Shown here one piece after another: positions 1 to 15,058 of a DNA stretch of 64,000 nt. The first letter of the stretch is position 1. Each line of letters opens with the position of its first letter. The position numbers and the translations under genes are program-made. The notes beneath the pieces are model-generated. The model saw nothing but the letters and a program-made list of their open reading frames with translations. It was not told the origin of the DNA and ran no database searches. The DNA comes from Eledone cirrhosa. Taxonomy: Eukaryota. The stretch covers positions 59,954,001-60,018,000 of the forward strand of contig OZ024741.1 in NCBI GenBank assembly GCA_964016885.1. The letters run 5' to 3'.

Positions 1-2213
1 ATGTGGATGTAGCTTTATGGTGGCAACTAGAGAATAATTCACTTTTTTGTTAATTAGGGTCTCATAGTTATTAATAATCAACAGGATCTCCATCCTACAG
101 AGCGAGCAGTTATTTTATATACTAGAGTTGCGGTAAATTCCACAGTTACTAAGTTTTGTCCAAAGAATGGAGTATTTTTAATTTCTCTCTTTTAATGACC
201 ATATGAGTTGTGATAAAGACGTGGACGATGTCCTCTTTGAGTTCGAGAACGAGCATTTATGGTTCGCAAATCTGGCTTTAAAAGTGGAAGAAGTGGATCC
301 TATGTAGTTGTAAGTATTGTGATCAGTTTTTACGGTACATTTATAAACCAAACTACTATCTAAACAATAATTTTGCAAAGGGCAATCAGTTTTATTTCTA
401 CAATTACATTTTGGTTTAGTATCATTTATGTTAGCTCTATTATTAAGGTCAATATCTTGGTTTCTTTTAGGATTTTATTGTTTAATTTGGCAATGCTTTG
501 GGCCATGTTACAGGTTGTAGAATAGGAGAATTTAAGGTATGTCTGTTAAAAATGGAATGGTATTTATGTTGAGTAGGGAAAGAGGTGTCAAGAGCCTTAG
601 AGAATAATTTTGCAATTGGTGTTTTAACTGCGACCGAAGCAGGGGGGGGGGGACGAACCATACGACTGATTTAGTTCTAGTTCGTATCCTCGATTTATTT
701 GGCATATGGTTGTTTGAGTTATAATTATTAGAGTTTCGCTTATATATGTTATTATTTTTCTTAAGTATAATATTTGGATTATTATTATCTACATATTCTA
801 TATTATTCGTATATCCTGCTCTTTTTAACGCGTTGTTGTAGTATTCAGCATTTTCATCGAATATATCTTTATTGGCTGATATTTTATTAATTCGCTTTTG
901 CACACTATTGACTATAGCTTTTTTACAGATTTCGGGTAATTTGAATGGTTACTAACATAGTTTAAGTTTTCATTAGGCTTATGAAAAGGGTAATAGTAGC
1001 CAGTGTTTAAGTTAAATGTTACGTCTAGGAAATTAACTATTTTGGTACCATTTTCAACTTCTAATTTAAGGTCATACATTTTAAAGAATTCTATTATACT
1101 TTTGTTTATTCTATTTAGTTCTATATTGTTGTGTTTGACCACCGTAAATAAAATGGCGTCCCTATATAAACCACCGGTAATCTCAGGCAGTTTTCTATTT
1201 ATCATGTTTCATATGAAAATTCGCAGATCTGTGATTTGCGCGGAATCGGATGCACCCATAGTGATATCAAAGTTTCTATCTCTATCTGATCGTGTCCAGT
1301 ATTCGTTGTTGAAGTTAATAAGAGTTCTTCTGGCTGTTAGTATTATATTGATTTCATCTGTGATTATATCAGTATGCTTATAAGCATATGAAAAGCCTTA
1401 TTTAGGAGGGTAGGTGTTATGGAAGAATAGTAGCTAGTAATCTCCATCTGGATGAATTTATGTTTTTTTTTATCTTCTATATTATTGTACCATTCTATGA
1501 CTTCGTTTGTATCTTTCCATAAGCTCAAGTTAGATTTCAATTTAAGAGTGGGTAATATTCTATCTATGATGTTTTTACTGATTACTCCTATATCCGATTT
1601 CGATGGAGCAATCAGTCTAACTGGCATATCTTCCTTAATGTTTCTTTTATGATCCTTCAGGTTAATCCTCGGCTGTCTAGGTAAGAATGGCTCTGTTCTT
1701 CCTTCTATTCCTAAATTGGTAATTAATGTGTAGGCTTCTTCATTAATTTCAGTAAGATCTTCCGCCGGGGCTTTGTGGTAATTTTTCTAAGTTCGTTTAA
1801 AATCAAGTTGTTATATTCATCTTTGCTTATCACATATAAATTATTCGTTTTGACCGATTTAACCAATACTTTGTTAACATTTTTAATTTCAGTGATTTTA
1901 TCTTTTAGAGTTCTGAGGTATTGGTTACCGATATATGGGTTTTTCCTAAATTTGATTTTTTTATTATACCGAGCATTTCTGTTTCAAAAACCCCCAGAAA
2001 TCTGTTGTATAGAGGATTCTTCCTTGATTTAAATAAAGATTTGAAATGATTGCTGTTGATTTTTCTTTCAGCATCTTTATTTTCGAAATGAAAAGCTCTC
2101 CATCTCAATCTTCTAATAAAATAATTTGTCTGTTCTATAGTTTTCCTCATGTATTCTTCATTTCAAGGTATTGGTATATCTTTGAGGGAAGTCGGAAAGT
2201 TTAAGAAATCCAT
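1..2213 (-). pseudogene. Penelope-like element ORF (Naiad-type RT + C-terminal GIY-YIG endonuclease), frameshifted and interrupted
   Basis: Fragments read MDFLNFPTSLKDIPIP*..FIRRLRWRA, VRLIAPSKSDIGVISK, GGLYRD(A), NFLDVTFNL..PFHKPN..YVSNHSNYP, CNCRNKTDCPLQNYCL..VYKC..YIGST..FKARFANHKCSF and CSLC..LINKKSELFSSCHHK. This is the PLE RT/GIY-YIG motif order. The clade is assigned from motif recall. Confidence 0.9.
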
Positions 2214-2415
2214 ATTTATTGAATATGAAATCTATTGTATAGAAAAGCGCTCAACCAATTGCGAGCATTAATTTTAAATAGTTAAACAAGATTCAATGAG
2301 TATGTCAAAGAATCAGTTTAACAGTAGATTGGGAGCACTCTACGGTATTATTTTCCAGAGTTATTAATATTAAAATACAAATATTAATAAAATAGATGTT
2401 CTTTTGATCAATTAC

Positions 2416-2468
2416 ATTTTATTATACATATTTCAGATGTACAACTGTACGTCCTCATCAGACAAAAT
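2416..2468 (-). ncRNA. Minimal type I hammerhead ribozyme (family A)
   Basis: Minus strand reads attttgt-CTGATGA-ggacgtacagttgtacatct-GAAA-tatgta-TA-ataaaat. Stems I and II pair and stem III is very short. Confidence 0.85.
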
Positions 2469-2893
2469 ATAATAATACATAACATACCCTGAGATGTTAA
2501 ATGGTTAAGATGTAATCAAGGTAGTGATTAACCCAAGACAAATTTAACATTTATACCCTAATAATGAGAAAATGCGAAAACGTAATAAATTCAACAGAGA
2601 AAGTGCGAGTAAGAAAAACGTTGCTTAATGTAACAGTTATATAGATATTAAGATGTATGATACTATAATTTTTGAATAAAGGGGGGAGGGGGGGGGGGGG
2701 GGGGTAATACGCTGAAGGAGATTTATTTTTGCCGAAAGTTAAACGGTTAATTTTGAAAATATTTAATTTATGGTATTATAGGGTGAAGGTTAGAAATTTT
2801 GGTTGTTTTTTTTTTTTAGATAATAGTTTTATGAATTCTATAAGTGTGTTAACATTTCAAAGCTTCTGCATTTCATGTGGGTAACATTTATAT

Positions 2894-2985
2894 GAATTAG
2901 CCTTTAATATTGCATTATTTATAGGAATTAGCCTTTAATATTGCATTATTTATAGGAATTAGCCTTAATATTGCATTATCTTATA
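2894..2985. repeat. Three tandem copies of a ~31-bp unit
   Basis: gaattagcctttaatattgcattatttatag is repeated. Confidence 0.8.
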
Positions 2986-3105
2986 ACTATCTATAGAAGA
3001 AATAACGCTCGAATGAAAGGCACTTGTTCAATAACATGCTGAACATTTACACACATAACATTATTTTACTAACTTTGATCAATACCATTATTTCTTTATT
3101 TATTA

Positions 3106-3295
3106 GGGCGATGGATTGGCAGTATCGGTAGAGAGTCGGATGCCATGCTTTCCAGCATAGTTACGTCCCTTTACTGCCTGAGTTCAAATCCCGTCGAGGT
3201 TAACTTTGCCTTTCATCCTCACAGCGTCGATAAAATAAAGTACCAGTAATGTACTGGGTAATTTCTGGCCTTGTGCCAAAAGTAGAAACAATTAT
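3106..3295 (+). mobile_element. tRNA-derived SINE (octopus-type)
   Basis: Box A-like tggcagtatcgg, box B gagttcaaatcc, and body actttgcctttcatcc..gtcgataaaataaagtaccag shared with other copies in the window. Confidence 0.8.
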
Positions 3296-4470
3296 TTCTT
3301 TCTTTATTTATTTATTTATCTCTCTATCTATCTTCCTTTGTAAGTTTTACATTTTAGTTTAATATCCAACCCATATATTTTTAAGGATCTTATTTACAAC
3401 TGTGAATTTTTTAACGCGTTTTTTTATCTCTTATTTATAATATATTATAATATGTACGTAATTATATTTTCTATATTTTTTAAATATACCTACTGCATTT
3501 ATATATGCATGATTCAAATATAGAGCAAATATCCAAACTATAAATTATAAACATTATCTTGAACTCTGAATTATCCATGTAATTTCTTTTATTATTCCTT
3601 CTCTTATATACATATATGTATTTAACTGTAACACGTAGAACTTATATAAAATTGTAACCGTTATCATCTACCCAAAGTTTACTGTACCATTAATACCAAA
3701 TATATATCTTTATATACCTCCCTATATATTACTATATATAATTTTTATTTAACTTCTAAATTTCTTGATTACGTTTACTCTGAACTAAGAATAATTAATG
3801 CATTTACAACCTCTTATATATAGGTGTATATTTAACCTTAACATGCATCAATCTATTATTTTGTTATCATCTACCTAAAATATACTTGCTCATTTATATA
3901 AATATATACATAATCGTTATTTAAATATTTCTAACAATAACTAATTCACAAGCTTTACATACCTAATACGCGCAGTATCTCCGTTAAAGTTTACATTTAG
4001 GAAATTAATCAACAGTATAAACTTTCACTCCTGTTGGCCAGCTAATTCCTATAAATGTTACCCACATGAAATTCAGAAGCTTTGAAATGTTAACACACTT
4101 ATATAATTTATAAAACTAATATATAAATAACCAGCAAGTTAAAAAAAAAACAACCAAAATCTCTAACCTTCACCCCTATAATACCATAAATTAAATATTT
4201 TCAAAAGTAACCGTTTAACTTTCGGCAAAAATAAATCTCCTTCAGCTTATTACCCCCCTTTATTCAAAAATTATAGTATCATACATCTTAATATCGATAT
4301 AACTGTTACATTAAGCAACGTTTTTCTTACTCGCACTTTCTCTGTTGAATTTATTACGTTTTCGCATTTTCTCATTATTAGGGTATAAATGTTAAATTTT
4401 TCTTGGGTTAATCACTACCTTGATTAACTCTTAACCATTTAACATCTCAGGGTATGTCATGTATCATTAT

Positions 4471-4523
4471 ATTTTGTCTGATGAGGACGTACAGTTGTAC
4501 ATCTAAAATATGTATAATAAAAT
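4471..4523 (+). ncRNA. Hammerhead motif, family A, with GAAA changed to AAAA (probably inactive)
   Basis: attttgt-CTGATGA-stem II-AAAA-tatgta-TA-ataaaat. Mirror copy of 2416-2468. Confidence 0.7.
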
Positions 4524-4563
4524 GTATTTGATCAAAAGAACATCTATTTTATTAATATTTGTA

Positions 4564-4623
<60 letters not shown>

Positions 4624-4979
4624 TTCCTCCCGTTCGCTAGTAGTGGGGTTCCTTCTTTCTCACACTGCATTCACGGCGTACGGTCTGCTTCTCTGACCGC
4701 TCATGAAATTCACCCAGCTTATGCTGATCGGATAACTATCATGTGGCTTGCTGTTTTTACAACCTTCGGTTTGCTTTTCCTTCTGTTATTTACTTGTCTC
4801 ACTCGCTTTACGCGTTTCACTTGTTCCAATAGCTCATTTTAGTTATTGTTCGCACCAACCTGAGGTATCTGATTTTTAATGCGATGAAATACCAATGATG
4901 GTTGGCAAATCACTGATGAGGGACTAATTTTATAATATGTAATCCATGTACAACCATGCAGTATTGTTCTCCCCTTGTT

Positions 4980-5040
<61 letters not shown>

Positions 5041-5383
5041 TAGAAAAGATAATACACAAGAGATAGCGTGTGTATTTATCAATGTACAGGGAAAACCACT
5101 AGTGTATGGAATGAAAAACGCAGGTTCATCACGGTGTGGTAAGCGAATACTTTCCAGCCAACTCTAAGGGAACTTAAGATAACTGCCTTGCAACACGTGG
5201 TAGAGAGAAAGAAATGTGTGCATGAGACATTAAACTAGTGGCCTACGTGGAATGAGTGGCTAGAAATCGCAGCCCCAAACCATTCAAATAAGGGTGCTCT
5301 GCCAAACACACAGACACACACACACACAGACACACATATATATATATATATAAATTGAAAAAATGAAATTTCATTTCTCACTC

Positions 5384-5790
<407 letters not shown>

Positions 5791-6171
5791 TGTGTATATT
5801 GCATACTAGTTATATAATAAAGAAATAATGGTAGATACAATCACAGGGGTTATAAAGAAAGAAAGCAGAGAAAAATTTGAAAGAATTTGACTCGAAGGCG
5901 ATCAGTGAGCTAGTTGATGTTAATTTTTACTCAACAATATATATATATGAAGACCCACGCACACACACATACACACAAACACACACTATATATATATCAC
6001 CACCCCACTTCCAAGAGCGTGAAACTAATAAACCTTTTTTCGTACTGCCTCTCTGTTTTGTTCCCGTTCAATCTTTTACTGTATATATATATATATATAT
6101 ATAGATAAATCTACCAAAAGTTTACGGTAGTGTCCAATCCGTATGAAGAACTCAATGTGTAATCCGGATAA

Positions 6172-6217
<46 letters not shown>

Positions 6218-6779
6218 GGAGAATAATAGAGAATTGAAGATGCACCTAACGTTGTTATATACATGCAAGTTTCAAAATAAAGTATAGTTTGTTTGTTTTG
6301 TTAACATAGGTAGGTTTACAGAAATATTCATGATTATCTAAATAGCTTTTGCACTAAGTGATTTCGCTCCAAGTACCTTATCAAAATTTCATTTTCATTT
6401 ACGTTGGATTTATATATTTTCACAAGTTTCTGTATGCCAGTTTGAAATTATTTCATAATTTCAACATGGCAGTGAACAAAATGTGATATATGTATGTGTG
6501 TGTGTGTATGTGTATGTGTGTGTGTGTATGTATGTTTGTCTGTGTGTATGTGTGTGTTGAGTTTAAGATTGGACTATACTGTAAAAAGGATAATCATCTA
6601 GTAAACAAAAAAGTATTTTATGGTCATGTTTTAGGCAATAGTCTATGTTTAGAGGAGTTTAAACCTAAAATATTACCATTAAATATTTTTTCTAGACAAT
6701 CCTCCTTTTTACAGTGTAGTGTAAATATTTGTTTCGTTTTCCGACAACAGAGCTCCTAGCTTCCTTTATAACTTACGAA

Positions 6780-7260
6780 ACAGCTCGAAATATAGGGATT
6801 CGACACATTTCTCGATCTTTTCTCGCTCACTGCCCTAACAATCACAGGGACATACAAGTCAAATAGACTTCATCCTTACCAGGAAACGAGACAAGCAATT
6901 GGTCGTAGGTACCAAGTCCTTCCCTGGTGAGGAATGTACCTCCGAACATATTTAATTGTCAGTAGGGTCTGCATGGAGGAGCCCCTCACTTTCCCATTCA
7001 TATTTCTTGTTCTGCAGTCTCTCATAGTATGTCTTCCATGTCTCTTTCTGTTCTTCGTCAGACAGAGCAAGTGCTCCGCTATCATTTATTACACACCTTT
7101 ATCCAACGTTACCAATACTAACAACAAAATGTTTTTCTCTAAGAGTGAGTGGTAGACTATGTGATGCCTGTGTGCGAACTGCAATGTTACATAGCAATGA
7201 AACATGGGCTTTGGCTGCAGAAGACTAGTGGAGACTAGAAAGAAATGAGTCGGGTACGTT
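6780..7260 (-). mobile_element. Degraded RTE-clade LINE fragment
   Basis: An alternative frame reads ALALSDEEQKEAWKTYYERLQNKKYEWESEGL, resembling the RTE endonuclease-RT linker. Confidence 0.55.
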
Positions 7261-9224
7261 CCGATGGATGTGCTATGTTACTGTGCGCAAGCGACATAAC
7301 AAAGCACCAGTAACGAACTGGAGTCGATTTAATCGAATTTCCCATCCCCCTAAATTTGAAATCATTTATTATTATAGCTACTTATTGTCCCATGGCCCTC
7401 CATATTACATAGACACACACACATACACACTCACGCTCCAAAATAAAATTCCTGTACATTCTACTTTGTCAGTGGGGTGCAGCCAAAATAGCACCCCGCC
7501 CTGGGTATAGAGCCTATCACCCTCTCCTCCATTGGCCTTCCTTCTGTGGCCTCATAGTCTTTTCTTTTCTCCTCATTTTCCTCTCATATATGGCATTTAT
7601 AGCTCTTTCTCCTACTTTCCTATAGAGTCAGATCTGCCATTCTTTGCCCCTCCCTCCCTTGGTCGTTGCTTGGATTTCTTTTTATTTCTTTTATATTTCC
7701 ATCAATATTTGTAATATTATCTATCAACTGTAATTTGATTTATTATTGCCTGTAATTTTATTTAGTAACATGGAATAAATCTGTGTATTAAAAAACAAAA
7801 TTATTTTCTGGAAGTGTCACTAGCCCCGGTCATTGAAATTAAATTCTGTATACTTTACTTAACACTTAAAAACAGACACGAATTCCTTTTGAGATTGCCT
7901 GCCAGTAACCACGCGCAATGAACCATGGCACTCACAATCTTTTCGTCCAAATCACAACAAAGTCCTATTGAAAATCATGTGATCATAAATTTGGGGCGCA
8001 AAAAATACAAAACTCTCTATCTATATCGCGTGATTCACATCTAACCGAATTGTATTTTAAACAGATTGCAATCTGAGGCTTTGTTTTTGCATAACTGAAA
8101 AGAAATTTCAGTGACCGTGGCTAGTTGATTGTGAGTTTTATAATTTACAATTGCAAACAACGAAGTATTGTGTATTAAGGATTCCACGTTGTACCTATCT
8201 AAATAAGATCTGCGATTACGTAGACTAGTACTATCCAAAGGGGTATTGGTATGTTTATATATATAAAGACATGGTTCTACTTTTCCATACTCAATTTATT
8301 GTACGGGAAAGTGGAACCATGTTTATTAATATTTAGAGTAGAACATTCGGAGACAACGCATTTGTAAACACGACATATCTGTTAGTAACATTAGTAGAAT
8401 AGCAATAAATTAGTTGAAACAGTAATAGGCTGGGAAATGATTGATATATAATGTAAGATTGTTCAATGTTCGAGTCTATTGTCAGAGCAGGTGTTTTCAT
8501 TCATCATTCTAGACAATATGTCATGATTTTACTAGCCTGAAAGGAAATATTGATGTATGTATATAATGTTACATTAAATTATGTATACAAAAAACAACAT
8601 ACATTATTCCATAACGTTGAGAGATTTGAATAAAACCACACGGCTCTTTACTATATGTGGAATTTATATATTATGCGGAAGACATATGCACGACTTCATG
8701 ATTGAATAAAGTCATCAACTTATTTTGAATTGGATAAAGAATCTGAGAAAATAGTGAACACAGTAGCAGAAATATATGAAGAGATTACTTGGAAATATAT
8801 TATCAGCACAGTCGTTAGAATGAAACAGTAAATACATTTGAAATATCAAAATATCAATGGAGTATTAACATTTAGAAAAGATTTATGTTTTCTTCTGTTG
8901 AGTGTAATAATATCCATACATCTGTACTGGTTAGAGAGGTGACCAAAATACCATGTTACTGATGAGGTGAGATCACAGGTAAGAAACTGAATAAATCGAG
9001 GCATTCAGTTGACAGTCATATTGCTATATATATGAAGGTGGCCAATCAAACATATATATATATATATGTACATTTGTGTGTGTGTTTATAGATATATGTA
9101 GAGGGAGAAGATGGCGAATTATCCATTTCGTGGTGTGTTATTTTGAGGATACATACATATACATATATACTCATAAATATATGTATGAGTATTATATATA
9201 TATATATATATATATATAATTGTG

Positions 9225-9322
9225 TCTACTATTGGCACAAGGCCAGAAATATGCCATTACATTACTGGTACTTTATTTTATCGACCCCGTAAGGAGGAAA
9301 GGCAAAGTTAACCTCGGCGAAT
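9225..9322 (-). mobile_element. SINE fragment (same family as 3106-3295)
   Basis: ggcacaaggccagaaat..actggtactttattttatcgacccc..gaaaggcaaagttaacctcggcg. Confidence 0.75.
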
Positions 9323-9432
9323 GCATACATACATATATATACATATGAATATATATAAGTTTATCCCAGGTTTAATCGGGGATAACCACAGTAAGTAAGG
9401 TACTCAATACAAAGGAGAGTTATAAATATTTA

Positions 9433-9695
<263 letters not shown>

Positions 9696-9952
9696 CTTCT
9701 ACAGGACTAGAAACGAAATATATATATATATATATACATATATTTCGTTTCTGAATTTGTTTAGCAAGATTCTTTATCTGAAAACGTGTGTTGAAACCGA
9801 TATTGTTATACTTTGGGAGGGTCATGTTGACAATAAGAAACACACGCACCAGTTCCTTTCACTTCAATTTATTATAATAAATTCATAAATTTAGGAATTA
9901 TAAATTTCCGGTTGGTTGGTTGGTTCCACTACCAGATGGTTGTTTATATATT

Positions 9953-9995
9953 GTCAAAGTTCTTTCGTCACACATTCTGTGACCTCTTCAGTGAC
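9953..9995 (-). ncRNA. Minimal type I hammerhead ribozyme (family B)
   Basis: gtca-CTGAAGA-ggtcacagaatgtgtgac-GAAA-gaac-TT-tgac. Confidence 0.8.
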
Positions 9996-10203
9996 TGGGG
10001 ATTCTTTACTTCTTTTTTGTTTTTTGTGCCTCTCCGTTGTTGTGTCCTACACCATTTTGTTTTTATGTGTGTGTTGTGTGCTTAGTTTGCGCATGTGTTA
10101 CATCCGGGTGTCTGTGTGTGTTTATATACGTTTATTTATTTGTTTAATTACATGTTACTGGTTGGTTGTTTGTTCTATGTGCGTGTGTTTTTTCATGTTG
10201 TCC

Positions 10204-11610
10204 TTAATTGTAAGTTGTGATGTTGCTGTTCCACTCATGTTTTCTATTTAATTTTGGTTGTAATTCATTTTTGTTTATTGCTTCTGTGATTTGTCTAAAC
10301 ATTGCGTCTTTTCTGTGTGTAGATTCTATTTTTATTTCTATGTTCTCTAATTTACCCTTATGTTCTATTTTAGCATATTGGTAGAGTACAGATGATTCTT
10401 GAAGGTCTCGCCCGTGTACATTTATCCGTTCCCCTATAATACGAACTGTCTCACCTATGTACACTATATTTTGATCTCTTCATTGTCCTTCAGTACATCT
10501 TATGCTATATACTACATTTCGAGTTTTACAGTTCATATGGGGGCTTAATTTACAGATTATACATTTCTTATCTATACAGGGAGGTCTTTGAAAAGGTTAT
10601 GTCTTGCTAATAAGTGTTTTTATGGAGGTACCTTGTTTTTCTACTATCTTAATATTGAGTTTATGTTTATCTAGGACCCTTTTAAATTTGTAAGCTAATT
10701 CACCTCTAGGGGTTGTATCGATAAACATTACACTCTGGTATTTATTGCTATCATACCATGAGTTTATTATATTAGCCTTATTCTTAGTTCTTTCTATTCT
10801 ATTCCAAAATTTGCTCCTATACAAGGGGCAGGTCCCATTTGTGTCATTATTTACTATTTTTTTCCATTTGGTTCTGGCTCCTCTATACACTCTGATTTTA
10901 TCTCTCTGGTTGTAACCAGAGAACTGCATACGGTGGATGAAGTGTTGTATGTGTCTCTCTAGTTCTTCGGGGTTGCACATGCGGGACACTTTCCTCATCA
11001 CGCGTTACAAACCCGCAATCAGTATGTTGATTTTGGTATGGTCCGAAACAGCTGAGTTTCGGTGGATCAGATATTTAGAAGTCATGGGTTTGGCATAATG
11101 GGAATGGGGGATTTGTTTTTTGTTATTAATGGTATCTAACCAGAGCTCTGTGTCTAGTACAGGTAATCGATGGTTGGTGTGTTTACTTGGGTAGTCTATA
11201 GTGACTCTAATACTCTAGTGGATGGAGTTAGCTATTTGCTGGATGCTTTACATTTTGTTTTTCTCTAATTCCTGACTGTTCTCTAGTGGGGGTGTTTTAA
11301 CTACGATGTTTATATCATCAACGTAGCTGGAGTACATTATCAGGGTTAAGGGGTCTTCTAATTGTTCTTTAAGTTTAAGTTTAAGTTAACTGTCCCACCA
11401 TACCATGAATAGGCTAGCTATGTCGCCTGCAATGCTAACACCATTGGCTGCTCCCTCCTCTTGGGCATATGTTTTTCCATTAAATTTAACATATGTTCCT
11501 TAAGGGTTAATTTTATGCTGGCCCCCACCGCATGTGCAATTATTTTCTTTAGTTTATCGTGGTTTTCGGGGGTCCGTATGGCAATGGTCCACCCGTTCCA
11601 TCTATTTGTG
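10204..11610 (-). pseudogene. PLE RT C-terminus/thumb + GIY-YIG, inverted arm, with stops and frameshifts
   Basis: ORFs 10597-11001 and 10204-10464 (YIGET.R...R...H, RQITEAI) match the plus-arm ORFs. Confidence 0.88.
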
Positions 11611-11612
11611 TG

Positions 11613-14048
11613 GAAAACAACACAACTAACAATAACAATAGCACTAGTACACACAAAGCAGCAGCCTGGAACTCTACTTTTTATAATCCCTCCGATAAGT
11701 CGTTCGACCTGCGACGAGTCCACGCCGCAACTTTAGCTTTTAACAAACGCACGCATTTGCCGTCGCAGGTCGATGAACAAACAGAAACACAATTTAATAT
11801 AGCTAGATCTAAACTTAGAAATATTATAGAACAGTATAGCAAGAAGCATAATCGAATGGAGGCCCAGCAACTGGGAGAAAAATTTGCAAATGGCTTGCGT
11901 AAACTCATGCAGCGTCGCGTAATGCAGAGATAGCATGCTTTCCACCAGACAAGTCTGGCAGAATGTCGGTTGACAGTCTGCCAAACTACATCCGGGCAAT
12001 GCAACCCCACATCTCTAACACAAGGGAAGTAACACCACAAGAGCATGAGGATAGAGAATAAGCCCTCAATGCCTATGTGATGATGTGGACAAATATAATA
12101 CAGCCTAACAAAAGGACTGCCAACAACTTCCAGGCCTGGAACAATGACGTGCTAGCTTTGTATGGGCTTCGAAAAGACCATAAAACGGCAGTGACCCTGT
12201 CACGGAACCACAAACACGGCCAGTCTGTGGAGCTAACATTGCTAGTAACTACAGACTGTCCTACCTCCTCTCCCTGATCATACGCCCCATCATTGAAATG
12301 TCCCCAGATGTATGTGACAGCACGGAGGAACTCCTCAGCAGAATCGGCGAGGGTAACCGATCTAGGGACCTAACAAACTGCATAATAGGTAGTATGGATA
12401 TTGTGTCCCTGTATCCATCTATTGGCGTGGATTTTGCTGTGGAGAAATGGGTAGAAATCATCTGTGGGAGCAATGTTGAATTCCGTGGGATTGATACCAG
12501 TGAGCTGGGACTCCTACTTAAACTTACCTATAGTAATAATTATCTAGACACATATGACCATAGCAACCTGTGCCCTACAAGACCAACAAGAGGCAGTCCA
12601 TCTACCATTACCTCAATGGTCAAGAAAACACACACAGATAGATGGAACGGGTGGACCAGAGCCATACGGACCCCCGAAAACAACGATGAACTAAAGAAAA
12701 TGATTGCATATGCGGTGGGGGCCAGCATAAAATTAACCCTTAAGGAACATATGTTCAAATTTAATGGAAAAACATATGCCCAAGAGGAGGGAGCAGCCAT
12801 TGGTGTTAGCATTGCAGGCGACATAGCTAACCTTTTCATGGTATGGTGGGACAGTAGACTTAAACTTAAACTTAAAGAACAATTAGAAGACCCCTTAACC
12901 CTGATAATGTACTCCCGCTACGTTGATGATATAAACATCGTAGTTAAAAACCCCCCACTATAGAACAGTCAGGAATTAGAGAAAAACACAATGGAAAGCA
13001 TCCAGCAAATAGCTAACTCCATCCACCAGAGTATTAGAGTTACTATAGACTACCCAAGCAAACACCCCAACCATCAATTACCTGTACTAGACACAGAGCT
13101 CTCGTTATATACCATTAATAACAAAAAACAAATCCTCCATTCCCATTATGCCAAACCCATGACTTCTAAATATCTGATCCACCGAAACTCAGCTGTTTCG
13201 GACCATACCAAAATCAATATACTGATTGCGGATTTGGTACGGGTGATGAGGAAAGTGTCCCGCATGTGCAACCCCGAAGAACTAGAGAGACACATAAAAC
13301 ACTTCATCCACCGTATTCAGTTCTCTGGTTACAATCAGAGGGATAAAATCAGAGTGTATAGAGGAGCCAGAACCAAATGGGAAAAAATGGTAAATAATGA
13401 CACAAATGGGACCTGCCCCTTGTATAGGAGCAAATTTTGGAATAGAATAGAAAGAACTAGGAATAAGGCTAATAGAATAAACTCATGGTATGCTAGCAAT
13501 AAATACCAGAGTGTAATGTTCATCGATACTACCCCTAGAGGTGAATTAGCTTACAATTTTAGAAGGGCACTAGATAAACATAAACTCAATATTAAGATAG
13601 TAGAAAGACAAGGTACCTCCATAAAAACACTTATTAGCAAGACATACCCTTTTCAAAGACATCCCTGTATAGATAAAAATGTATAATCTGTAAATTAAGC
13701 CTCCATATTAACTGTAAAACTCGAAATGTAGTATATAGCATAAGATGTACTGAAGGACAAAGAAGAGATAAAAATATAGTGTATATAGGTGAGACAGCTC
13801 GTAGTATAGTGGAACGGATAAATGAACACTGGCGAGACCTTCAAGATAGTAAAGAATCATCTGTACTCTACCAATATGCTAAAATAGAACATAGGGGTAA
13901 ATTAGAGAACATTGAAATAAAAATAGAATCTACACACAGAAAAGACGCAATGTTTAGACAAATCACAGAGGCAATAAACAAAAATGAATTACAACCAAAA
14001 TTAAATAGAAAACATGAGTGGAACAGCAACATCACAACTTACAATTAA
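11613..14048 (+). pseudogene. PLE reverse transcriptase + GIY-YIG endonuclease (Neptune-type), 5'-truncated and interrupted
   Basis: IGSMDIVSLYPSI, YAQEEGAAIGVSIAGDIANLFMVWWD, YSRYVDDI, LPVLD, a Cys-rich linker and YIGETAR..RINEH..RQITEAI. Confidence 0.92.
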
Positions 14049-14249
14049 GGACAACATGAAAACACACACGCACATAGAACAAACAACCAACCAGTAACAT
14101 TAAATAAACAAATAAATAAACGAATATAAACACACACAGACACCCTGATGTAACTCATGCGCAAACTAAGCACATAACACACACACAAAAACAAGATGGC
14201 GTAGGACAGAACAAAGGAGAGGCACAACAAACAAAGAAAAGAATCCCCA

Positions 14250-14292
14250 GTCACTGAAGAGGTCACATAATGTGTGACGAAATAACATTGAC
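14250..14292 (+). ncRNA. Hammerhead motif family B with damaged stem III/cleavage site
   Basis: gtca-CTGAAGA-stem II-GAAA-taac-AT-tgac. Confidence 0.6.
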
Positions 14293-14426
14293 AACCATCT
14301 GGTTGTGGAACCAACCAACCAACCGGAAAGTTATAAATTCCTAAATTTTAAATTTATTATAATAAATTGAAGTGAAAGCAACTGGTGCCGGTGTTTCTTA
14401 TTGGCAACATGACCCTCACAAAGTAT

Positions 14427-14529
<103 letters not shown>

Positions 14530-14534
14530 TAGAG

Positions 14535-15008
14535 AGGATAACAATATATCGTTAAAGGTAATCCGATAAGAGTTTGTGAGGACTACTTATCATTGATAGT
14601 TTAAGCGTACGGTGCTGTGTGACTCAACAAGAGGCTTACGTGGATAGCGAGTTTATGACTACACTTGTATTCCTATGTAAGTATATCTTTGAGTAATAAA
14701 ATTGAAAAAGTGAGGAATAACATGGTCAACAGTACGAAAAAGGAAGTTTATTTACAGTCTAACAATTGTTTCTATGATAGTGTTTTCTAAAAATTGCTAA
14801 ACACTGAAATTATTGACACTCAATTTAAAATACATTTAACCTCCATCATTTCGTCAGTTCTCTGACGAAATGATGGAGGTTATAAGTATTTTAAATTATA
14901 TGTATTTTAAATTGAGTGTCACTAATTTCAGTGATTAGCAATTTTTAGATAACTCTATCATAGAAACAATTGTTAGACTGTGAATAAACTTCCTTGTTCT
15001 CACTATTC

Positions 15009-15012
<4 letters not shown>
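14535..15012. mobile_element. ORF-less fold-back HHR element (family C), arms ~14700-14857 and ~14862-15012, with extra tail 14535-14700
   Basis: Palindrome centred on gtcagttctctgac and flanked by (TA)n on both sides. Confidence 0.85.
14855..14980 (+). ncRNA. Type I hammerhead with ~95-nt stem II domain and palindromic stem III (caattg)
   Basis: tct-CTGACGA-a-atgatggag...ctctatcat-a-GAAA-caattg-TT-aga. Confidence 0.75.

Positions 15013-15052
<40 letters not shown>

Positions 15053-15058
<6 letters not shown>

Larger units (their letters stand above)
2367..4572. repeat. Inverted pseudo-LTR pair at the 5' side of the Naiad-type element (arms ~2367-2902 and ~4040-4572)
   Basis: The ~535-bp arms are reverse complements, each carries an HHR motif, and the outer end abuts (TA)n at 4570-4620. 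Confidence 0.9.

Noticed and set aside
2163-2165. In-frame TGA in the Naiad-type ORF as possible selenocysteine (some Naiads encode selenoproteins)
   Set aside because: It is not at a conserved Cys and is probably TCA to TGA. The zinc-finger cysteines use TGT/TGC, the ORF has other lesions, and I recognised no SECIS.
4905-4945. CTGATGAG core word
   Set aside because: No correctly placed GAAA or stems.
8955-9000. CTGATGA...GAAA hammerhead-like words
   Set aside because: Stem II does not close next to GAAA, stems I and III do not pair, and there is no fold-back context.
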